From positions 413,253 through 477,252 of the forward strand of contig CBDFFF010000001.1 in NCBI GenBank assembly GCA_965246705.1: 64,000 nucleotides of DNA. Reading direction: 5' to 3'. The notes below the pieces were generated by a model. That model did not search any database. It was not told the origin of the DNA and saw only the letters and a program-made list of their open reading frames with translations. Each line of letters begins with the position of its first letter. Position 1 is the stretch's first letter. Position numbers and translations under genes: made by a program. Source of the DNA: Abditibacterium sp. Lineage in GTDB: Bacteria > Armatimonadota > Abditibacteriia > Abditibacteriales > Abditibacteriaceae. Positions 56,823-64,000 of the stretch are shown in pieces.

Positions 56823-57662
56823 TTGATGTTTGAGGAACTGTTTATCCCCGATTTTTCGCCCGCCTGGAAAACGCTACAGGGCATGGCCCTTGATGCGACC
56901 GCGCGGGCTCCTTATTTCGTCGTCGCGCTGCTCATTTTTGGCATCGCTTATCTCATCTCCAAAAGGGTGCGACGTTTGCTGACTCTGGGCGCAAAGCGAA
57001 CACATCGCGGCGCCAACTTTTCGGCGTTGGTGGCCCGGCTCGGCGGATGGGCTGTTTTAGCGGGAGGCGCTCTGGTCGCTGCCACCATTGCCTTTCCCTC
57101 GTTCAGCACCGCGACATTGGTTTCGGTGCTGGGGTTTGGTGGCGTGGCGGCGGGCTTTGCCCTGCGCGACATTTTGGGCAACCTGTTCTGTGGCCTCGTC
57201 ATTCTGGCGAGCGAGCCATTTCGTATCGGCGACCGCATTGAGGTCAAGGGCTTTCAGGGCGAAGTCGAGGATGTGCAAACCCGCGCCACCACGATTCGCA
57301 CGCGCGACGGTCAGCGCGTCGTTATTCCCAATACCGTCGTTTTCAACGAACCCGTCGAGGTGGTGACGGCTTTCTCCAAGCGCCGCCTCGATACTTCGAT
57401 CACGCTGTATGGCGACGATTGGGAGAAAGACAAAGCGCGTGTCATCGAAGCGATGAGTCGGGTGGAAGGAGTCGAGAATGACCCCGGACCATGTGCTTTT
57501 ATCCTCGAATGGAAAGATAAGAACGCGATTTTGGGGTTACGCTGGTGGATTAACAACGAAAGCATCGAAGTCGAGTCGCAATCGCGCGACGCGGTATTGA
57601 ACGCCGTGGCCAAAGCCCTGAACGCCAAGACTCCCTCGAAACCTGAGCCGTCCGAAGCCTAG
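56823..57662 (+). CDS. small-conductance mechanosensitive channel (MscS family)
   Basis: Three TM segments; GFALRDILGNLFCG; PFRIGDRIEV; RATTIRTRDGQRVVIPN. Confidence 0.92.
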   Translation: MMFEELFIPDFSPAWKTLQGMALDATARAPYFVVALLIFGIAYLISKRVRRLLTLGAKRTHRGANFSALVARLGGWAVLAGGALVAATIAFPSFSTATLVSVLGFGGVAAGFALRDILGNLFCGLVILASEPFRIGDRIEVKGFQGEVEDVQTRATTIRTRDGQRVVIPNTVVFNEPVEVVTAFSKRRLDTSITLYGDDWEKDKARVIEAMSRVEGVENDPGPCAFILEWKDKNAILGLRWWINNESIEVESQSRDAVLNAVAKALNAKTPSKPEPSEA

Positions 57663-58015
57663 TCGCCATTGCGCCGTGACAACAGCACCGCGACGATCTC
57701 GAAAATGGCGAAGGCCAGAAAGGTATTGCGAGCCTTCTTGTTGTTCTCAAACCCAAGTAGCCAGGGCGCCGCCATAGTTGGGATAGCCGCGAGAAAATCG
57801 AGTTTCAAATGCAAGTTGAAGGGGATTAAGGGAATGAGACTGATTTCATAGCGCGTTAGCAGCGAGGCTAATACGGTCGTTCCAGCGAGGGCACGCGCGA
57901 CAAAGGCGGCGTTTTCCTCGTCTTCAAAACCGACGACGGACGGCGAGGCTGCAAGCGCGGCGGCATACAGATAATCAGTGGCGGCGTGAACCGGACGGGG
58001 AATGATGCGAAACAT
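57659..58015 (-). CDS. SPW-repeat-like small membrane protein
   Basis: HAATDY...LLTRYEISLIPLIPFNLHLKLD...APWLLGF. Confidence 0.7.
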   Translation of the reverse strand: MFRIIPRPVHAATDYLYAAALAASPSVVGFEDEENAAFVARALAGTTVLASLLTRYEISLIPLIPFNLHLKLDFLAAIPTMAAPWLLGFENNKKARNTFLAFAIFEIVAVLLSRRNGD

Positions 58016-58062
58016 AAGCCCCGGTTGTGGCAAAGGAAATGCCCCTGAGCCGGGGCGACCTG

Positions 58063-58431
58063 TCAGGAATAAACCGTCTTCCGTCTCTTTCGTGGTTTGG
58101 GCGGGGGCTGCGACAGGATGAAATGCACGCTCTGGGCCACCCATTCGGCCAACTTGTCCTCATCTTTGATGACAGCCGGAGGGACGACGATATGCGTCTT
58201 GAAAATCGGCCCGTCGGGGTCGAATTGGAGTGCTTTCGCACCATCCTCGCCCCAGAACTTCGCGGTTTCCCCATCAATCTTGAGCGCCAATCCGATTTTA
58301 AAGAGCCATGCGAAGACACGCCCATTGACATAAGCACACGCGCCCCCGAACATGGGAACGAAAGTCAATTCGCGGGCGGGGCTATCATCGAACGCGGCGG
58401 AGAGATGGGATTTGAGTTCGTTAACGGTCAT
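58063..58431 (-). CDS. TfoX/Sxy N-terminal domain protein
   Basis: PMFGGACAYVNGRVFA; LAEWVAQS. Confidence 0.8.
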   Translation of the reverse strand: MTVNELKSHLSAAFDDSPARELTFVPMFGGACAYVNGRVFAWLFKIGLALKIDGETAKFWGEDGAKALQFDPDGPIFKTHIVVPPAVIKDEDKLAEWVAQSVHFILSQPPPKPRKRRKTVYS

Positions 58432-58432
58432 G

Positions 58433-59020
58433 TTACAGTTCGCCTTCGGTGAGAGTATCCAAACGGCGGTACAATTCTCCTAAAGAAAACTCGATGCCCC
58501 GTGAGTCCAATCTGACACGCGAATTACGAGTCAAATGGCGATGGAGTTCAGGCTGATCTGTTGGATTAGCGGCACGCACGAACTGGTCGAGTCGAATTTT
58601 GTCCTGCCACACAATGAGATAGTCTGTAAGAGTAGGCAGTTTGAAGTAAGCCGTCCGCTTCGTCGTCAAATCGACGTGCTTTGTGGATGGCGACAATACT
58701 TCGATCAGAGCCAGAGGTTCTGTCAACGTATCGGGAAAAAGAGAATCAAACGCGGCGTCTTCGCAATATATGACGACATCGGGGTAAACGTCCATATCGT
58801 CAGCTTCGATTCGCACCATCTGGGTGCATGGAACGGCGAAGCATCGCGTATCCAAGAGCGCATCACCGAGAACTCGTATGGTTGACGCAACGATGCGACC
58901 ATGAATTGGACTCTCACCGCCGACGGCGAAGATATGACCTCCATGAAATTCATGACGAGTGAAGGAGAGACTTACGAGTTCGTAAAATTTTTCGCGTGAG
59001 AGGGTGAGGAGTTTAGGCAT
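58433..59020 (-). CDS. Uma2 family (PD-(D/E)xK) endonuclease-like protein
   Basis: HEFHGG, YPDVVIYC, IEVLSPST, K..AYFKLPTLTDYLIV. Confidence 0.9.
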   Translation of the reverse strand: MPKLLTLSREKFYELVSLSFTRHEFHGGHIFAVGGESPIHGRIVASTIRVLGDALLDTRCFAVPCTQMVRIEADDMDVYPDVVIYCEDAAFDSLFPDTLTEPLALIEVLSPSTKHVDLTTKRTAYFKLPTLTDYLIVWQDKIRLDQFVRAANPTDQPELHRHLTRNSRVRLDSRGIEFSLGELYRRLDTLTEGEL

Positions 59021-59939
59021 CTTGTGGGGGCTGGTTAGGGCGATGAATTGTAACCTTGCATCCTTGTTGCTTCCACTGTTGGACGAGATAATTTTCAAAG
59101 TCTGCGACTGGTTTTGGAGATGACAGCCTCGCTATCTGAGTTCCTATGTCTGTGAACATTACATTGCCCCTTTGGAATTTTCCATTCCATCGCTCTTCCC
59201 ATTCAATAATAAAATATATATCATAATATTGAAGAAGCAAGGACTCTGTTTTTTCTATACCATACATGTAGAATCCTATGGGATTGTGCTTTAGTAGGCC
59301 TATTCCATCAAGATTTTCTAATGTATTGAAACTTAAATCAGTGTCGTTGGAAGAATCGCGATCTGTATTATACATCATTGGAAGGAGAGGTTTTTTGTCA
59401 ATCGTACATGAACGTTGGCAGACTGATAAGAAGTCGTTTGCGTCTTTTTTATCGAAAGATGAAAGAAAGTTGATAGCGCGTCGCGAAAAAGTCCCTGGCT
59501 GATTGATTTCACCCGCTAGTAGTTTGCTCCAAAGCATTTGCATCTCCTGATCAGAAATCAGGCGGCTTCTGTCGAAGAAATTGGCGAACCAGTCGTCTTC
59601 GACTTCTTCGGGCTTAGCGTCTTCCTTGACTTCAGGCAAAGCTTTCAGCAAGATAGATTCGTTGTTGTGTTGTTCGCGAATCGTCCTGTTGGAATCAGCC
59701 AAAAGCCCACGCGCTAAGAGCCGTTCTCTATGTGTTGCATTATGATTGAGGCTTTGCTTGATGAGTAGTGTTTTCGCATCAGCAATGGCTTGTGCCTCGC
59801 CCTCGCGCAGAATTTGGTCTGGGCGGCGAACAATACCGATGTGGTCGGCTACCCGATCAATGACTTTGATTAGGACAGCGCTACCACTAATAGCTTGGGC
59901 AATCGGAGCGGCGGCACCAACGAAAGGGAGAATGTCCAT
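59013..59939 (-). CDS. DUF2806 domain protein
   Basis: VEDDWFANFFDRSRLISDQEMQMLWSKLLAGEINQPGTFSRR motif; locally AT-rich. Confidence 0.85.
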   Translation of the reverse strand: MDILPFVGAAAPIAQAISGSAVLIKVIDRVADHIGIVRRPDQILREGEAQAIADAKTLLIKQSLNHNATHRERLLARGLLADSNRTIREQHNNESILLKALPEVKEDAKPEEVEDDWFANFFDRSRLISDQEMQMLWSKLLAGEINQPGTFSRRAINFLSSFDKKDANDFLSVCQRSCTIDKKPLLPMMYNTDRDSSNDTDLSFNTLENLDGIGLLKHNPIGFYMYGIEKTESLLLQYYDIYFIIEWEERWNGKFQRGNVMFTDIGTQIARLSSPKPVADFENYLVQQWKQQGCKVTIHRPNQPPQDA

Positions 59940-59954
59940 GAGAACAAAGAGAAC

Positions 59955-59993
59955 AAAAAAAGCGCCCCGCGAAAATTTCGCGGGGCGCTTTTT
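59955..59993. terminator. intrinsic terminator after leuC
   Basis: AAAAGCGCCCCGCGAAA-A-TTTCGCGGGGCGCTTTT with T tracts on both strands. Confidence 0.85.
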
Positions 59994-60004
59994 ATTTTAC
60001 CTAT

Positions 60005-61435
60005 TTATTTGCCGAATTTCTCTTTATCCCACTGGCGCACGTCCACCAGTTTGCCTTCGATGGCGGCGGCTACGGCCATCGGGATGCTGACTAAGTGGGT
60101 GCGTCCGCCTTTGCCCTGGCGACCCTCGAAGTTGCGGTTGCTGGTCGAGGCGCAGCGTTCGCCGGGTTGGAGGATGTCGGGGTTCATGCCCAGGCACATC
60201 GAGCAACCGGCTTCGCGCCAGTCGAAACCGGCGGCTTTGAAGATTTTGTCGAGGCCTTCGGCTTCGGCTTGCATCTTCACGAGGCCCGAACCGGGAACGA
60301 TCATGGCGTTCAAGGTCGAGGAGACCTGTTTGCCTTCGGCGAGGTGAGCGGCCAAGCGCAAATCTTCGATGCGCCCGTTGGTGCAGGAGCCGATGAAGAC
60401 ACGGTCGATTTTCAGGCCTTCGAGCGGGGTGCCCGCTTCGAGGCCCATGTATTTTAGGGCGCCCGCGCAGGCTTTTGCGTCGGTTTCGTCGGCGAAATCG
60501 CTGGGCGAGGGCACGACCGAGTGAATCTGGCTGGTCTGGCCGGGGTTGGTGCCCCACGAAACCATCGGCGCCAGTTCCGCTTCGGTGATGACGATGCGGG
60601 TATCGTAGCTGGCGCCTTCATCGGTTTTCAAGGTGCGCCACCAGGCGATGGCTTCCTCCCATTGCTCGCCTTTGGGGGCGTATTTGCGGTCTTTGAGGTA
60701 AGCGAAGGTGGTCTCGTCGGGAGCGATCATGCCCGCGCGCGCGCCCGCTTCAATGCTCATGTTGCAAATCGTCATGCGGGCTTCCATGCTCAAATGACGA
60801 ATCGCGGCGCCGGTATATTCGACGGCATAACCCGTCGCACCCGCCGTACCGATTTTGCCGATAATGGCGAGGATGATGTCTTTGGCGGTCACGCCCGTTG
60901 GCAAAGGCCCGTCGCCCTCGACGTGGATCTCCATCGTTTTGGGGCGCGACTGGGGCAGGGTTTGCGTCGCCAGAACGTGTTCGACTTCCGAAGTGCCGAT
61001 ACCAAACGCGAGCGCCCCAAACGCACCGTGCGTCGAGGTGTGCGAGTCGCCGCACACAATTGTCATACCCGGCTGAGTAATGCCCTGTTCCGGCCCGATA
61101 ACGTGAACGATACCTTGACGCACATCGCCTAAATCGTACAACGTGAGGCCAAATTCCGCGCAGTTCTTGCGCAGCGTTTCGATCTGCTTCGCCGAAATCT
61201 GGTCCAAGATGGGCAACGAGCGGTCGGTGGTGGGCACGTTGTGGTCCATCGTGGCGAGCGTCAAATCGGGGCGGCGCACGGGGCGACCCGACAGGCGAAG
61301 TCCTTCAAAGGCTTGCGGAGAGGTGACTTCGTGGACCAGATGCAGGTCGATATACAGTAATGCGCGGTTCTCGTCTTCGTGAACGACGTGCGAGTCCCAC
61401 AATTTTTGGAACAATGTGGTCGGTTGGTTTGACAT
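60005..61435 (-). CDS. leuC: 3-isopropylmalate dehydratase large subunit
   Basis: [53 protein letters not shown] and [12 protein letters not shown]. Confidence 0.98.
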   Translation of the reverse strand: MSNQPTTLFQKLWDSHVVHEDENRALLYIDLHLVHEVTSPQAFEGLRLSGRPVRRPDLTLATMDHNVPTTDRSLPILDQISAKQIETLRKNCAEFGLTLYDLGDVRQGIVHVIGPEQGITQPGMTIVCGDSHTSTHGAFGALAFGIGTSEVEHVLATQTLPQSRPKTMEIHVEGDGPLPTGVTAKDIILAIIGKIGTAGATGYAVEYTGAAIRHLSMEARMTICNMSIEAGARAGMIAPDETTFAYLKDRKYAPKGEQWEEAIAWWRTLKTDEGASYDTRIVITEAELAPMVSWGTNPGQTSQIHSVVPSPSDFADETDAKACAGALKYMGLEAGTPLEGLKIDRVFIGSCTNGRIEDLRLAAHLAEGKQVSSTLNAMIVPGSGLVKMQAEAEGLDKIFKAAGFDWREAGCSMCLGMNPDILQPGERCASTSNRNFEGRQGKGGRTHLVSIPMAVAAAIEGKLVDVRQWDKEKFGK

Positions 61436-61548
61436 AAGGATGGGCTTTAGTTTGGCGTATCGAGCCCTCTGTGGGTTCCATAAAGCCTACTAATGGAGCG
61501 TATGCCTGGAGGCAATAGCCTTTTCCATGAGCGCGGTCATTCCCGGTT

Positions 61549-63879
61549 TCACCGTTGCTGGGAGGCGGGTGGGTTCTGGCCCGCTTGCAGTTGAGCGATG
61601 CGTTCGTTCAGCAGCTTTTTCATTTCGTCCGAATAGGCGGCTTGCAAGGGTGTGCGACCGTTGGCGTCGGGTTCGGTTGGGTCGGCGCCCGCATCGAGAA
61701 GGGCGCGCACGATTTCGATGCGCCCACTGCTGATGGCTGATGTTAGTAAGGGGGAGCGGCGGGCGCTGGATTGTAACGAGAATTTCTTGGTTGCCAGCAG
61801 AGTTTTTAACAGAGCGGCGTTACCGCGCTCGACGGCGATTGACAGCAAATCGCCTCGCTCGATTTTGACGGTGGGATCGGCGCCTTTGGATAGCAAGAGA
61901 GCCACCATATCGGTCGAGCTATCGGCGCTACCGTTATAACCAGAGAATGAGACCGCGACTGCCAGTGGGGTTTTGCCGCTTCCATCAAGAGCATCAATCT
62001 TCGCGCCCTTTTCCAACAAAGCCGAAACCATCTCGGTGCGTTGCGCTAACACCGCGCGGTGGAGAGGTGTTATATTTCCGGCGGAAGCATTATAGGAAGG
62101 ATAATAACGGGAAGGGAGAAAACCCTGGCGAAAGCCATAAGACGCGGCGGAAGCGATTGCGCTACTGGTGCCCGCATTGGCATCGGCCCCTTGTGTCAGT
62201 AGTGCTTTGTATAAACCAATGGGTGTGCTTTTATTGGTCAGGATGAGAAGAGGTGTTTCACCATTCGCACCGCGCGCGTTGATGCGGGCGCCTTTACCCA
62301 AGAGCAGCGTTATGAGTTCCATGTCGCCCGTGCGCGCGGCCAGATGAAGTGGGGCATCGCCAGTTGGCGTTGAGATGTTGGGATTGGCACCCTTGCCGAG
62401 CAAAAGTGTGGTCATATTGACCGCACGGCGCGCAAAGCGTCCGGTGGGATTACGAAGCGCGTAATGCAGTGGGGTCAGACCCTGCGCGTCGCGGGCGTTC
62501 AGGTCGGCTCCGCGCTTGATGAGTTCCTGGGCGCTACTGAGCGTGCCCCATAATGCGGCGATGTGTAGTGGCGTTGAGCCATCGGGCAAGCGGAAAAAGG
62601 CGAGATAGGGTTTGACTTTCAGGATGGCAGCGACTTTGATCGATTCGCCGCCCGCGACGGCATCGAACAAATCGGTTGTCGAGTCGTTTTTGGGAGTGCG
62701 GTCGCGAATCAGGTCGCGGCTTTCGGCATCGCGCGTCGTGATCGCCAGCATGAGGGGCGAAAACCCGCCGCCATCGCGTATATTGATGTCAGTCTTATCA
62801 ATGAGCGGCACCAATTGAGTGCCGCGCGGAATGGTATTCGAGTCGGCCAGGGCCGGGTAATCGCCGGTTTGCGGGTTGAAGGTGCGGTCGAGCGCAATGT
62901 CGCGGCGCAGGGCAATATGAATCGGCAAATCGCCGCGCGCGTTCGCCAAATTCGCGTTGGCGCCCCCGTCCAGGAGAGCTTTGAGCAAATCGCTGTTGGG
63001 AGTGCCACTCGCATCGCCCCTCGCCGCGATGTGAAGCGGAGTATCGCCATAGAGGTTTTGGGCGTTGATTTCGACGCCGCGATCTAACAACGCGCGGACT
63101 GTCTCCACCTTGCCCGAACGCACTGCTGCAAAGAGTGGAGTCTGGCCCACATCATCGCGCCGTTTGAGGTCGGCTCGCGCCACAATGAGCTTTGTGGCCT
63201 CGGTGTTATAGCTGGCGAGGGAAATATCAAGAGCCGAGGCGCCGCCACGGGCCGGGGTATAGATGTTGGCGCCGTGATCGAGCAGCCAGACTATGCGGTC
63301 TTTCTGACGCTCACCGCCGTTTTGCAACACGCGCTGTAGGAGTGGGGCGCCGGATTCGTCAAGGACATTGACATCGGCACCTTTGGCTGCGAGTAAGTCG
63401 GCTAGAGGCTTCCATTTATCGTCGTAGCGGGCAATGGCCTGAGCGAGTGGCGTTGAATTCCAGTCACCGACATTGGGATTCGCGCCGTGTTCCAACAGGA
63501 AGCTGGCAATTTCGACCTGTCCACCAGTTACCGCCACACCGAGGGGCGTTTGCGATTCAGTACCGGACACGAACTCTGGATTCGAGGTAATGATGGCTTT
63601 GACTCGCTCGATATTGCCGCTTGAAACCGCGTTTATCAATTCATTGCGAGTCGGTTTGGGGGCGGTGGGAGCAGTTGCGGGAGGAACAACGGGAGGTGGA
63701 ACCTGGGCTAATGCGGGAACAGACGATAATGTGGCGGCGACGCCCAGCAGAATTGGAGTGCGGGAGAACATCTCGCCAGCTATCTTAGCAAAGCGTCTTC
63801 TTTTGGCAAGGGATATAGAGCCCATTATCCACCGCGATTCGAGGTTTACAGTGGTAGATGCCGATTTTTCAGGCAACAA
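61549..63879 (-). CDS. secreted ankyrin-repeat protein
   Basis: More than 12 TPLH/GA.VN ankyrin repeats; signal-like segment near MFSRTPILLGVAATLSSVPALA, so the real start is probably downstream of 63879. Confidence 0.9.
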   Translation of the reverse strand: MLPEKSASTTVNLESRWIMGSISLAKRRRFAKIAGEMFSRTPILLGVAATLSSVPALAQVPPPVVPPATAPTAPKPTRNELINAVSSGNIERVKAIITSNPEFVSGTESQTPLGVAVTGGQVEIASFLLEHGANPNVGDWNSTPLAQAIARYDDKWKPLADLLAAKGADVNVLDESGAPLLQRVLQNGGERQKDRIVWLLDHGANIYTPARGGASALDISLASYNTEATKLIVARADLKRRDDVGQTPLFAAVRSGKVETVRALLDRGVEINAQNLYGDTPLHIAARGDASGTPNSDLLKALLDGGANANLANARGDLPIHIALRRDIALDRTFNPQTGDYPALADSNTIPRGTQLVPLIDKTDINIRDGGGFSPLMLAITTRDAESRDLIRDRTPKNDSTTDLFDAVAGGESIKVAAILKVKPYLAFFRLPDGSTPLHIAALWGTLSSAQELIKRGADLNARDAQGLTPLHYALRNPTGRFARRAVNMTTLLLGKGANPNISTPTGDAPLHLAARTGDMELITLLLGKGARINARGANGETPLLILTNKSTPIGLYKALLTQGADANAGTSSAIASAASYGFRQGFLPSRYYPSYNASAGNITPLHRAVLAQRTEMVSALLEKGAKIDALDGSGKTPLAVAVSFSGYNGSADSSTDMVALLLSKGADPTVKIERGDLLSIAVERGNAALLKTLLATKKFSLQSSARRSPLLTSAISSGRIEIVRALLDAGADPTEPDANGRTPLQAAYSDEMKKLLNERIAQLQAGQNPPASQQR

Positions 63880-63936
63880 AAAGCGCTGGATGATGTTTCC
63901 ATCGTCCAGCGCTTTTTGTTGTCGTTGGTTAGTTAA

Positions 63937-64000
63937 TTAGTAACGACGGTCACGACCGCCGCCACCGCCACCGCTGCCGCCGCGACGATCTCCACCGCGT
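63937..64000 (-). CDS. 3' end of a gene with a Gly/Arg-rich tail (RGGDRRGGSGGGGGGRDRRY*), product unknown
   Basis: Manual translation up to TAA at 63937-63939; such tails occur on RNA-binding proteins. Confidence 0.5.
   Translation of the reverse strand, partial: RGGDRRGGSGGGGGGRDRRY

Noticed and set aside
61436-61548. Leu-rich attenuator upstream of leuC
   Set aside because: No Leu-rich short ORF or terminator was found in this interval.

Overview
This is a moderately GC-rich bacterial chromosome segment of mostly housekeeping and accessory genes. The repeated DUF1559/H-X9-DG prepilin-like genes and the ftsQ-DUF881-DUF1290-ftsA order suggest an Armatimonadota/Abditibacteriota-like organism (inference only). 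Recognisable genes include glgP (partial), cdsA, a MoxR/DUF4350/DUF4129 operon, ftsQ/ftsA without ftsZ, wecA, mnmA, hrcA-grpE-dnaJ without dnaK, xylB, an iGluR-like channel, two Flp pilins, a GGDEF cyclase, a 2026-aa alpha-2-macroglobulin, a SurA/PpiD-like chaperone, csaB, a LacI regulator, a DEAD-box helicase, MscS, leuC and an ankyrin protein. The most striking feature is at 28969-29586 on the minus strand. A near-consensus sigma70 promoter precedes a 32-aa leader peptide (MFALALNLNRQNLQLQLQGSVRRSGFRAAEKR), followed by an intrinsic terminator and then five tRNA or tRNA-like genes: Gln-UUG, Asn-GUU, Leu-GAG, Leu-UAA and Leu-UAG. The leader's Leu/Asn/Gln codons match those anticodons, which suggests ribosome-mediated attenuation of a tRNA mini-array. 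The three Leu genes lack the long variable arm, and two carry an identical replacement of the T-loop motif. Intergenic DNA holds several dispersed repeat families: a ~400-bp structured element in two copies, MITE-like elements and REP-like palindromes. No CRISPR array, rRNA or transposase gene was seen. All calls were made by eye; no searches or folding programs were run.
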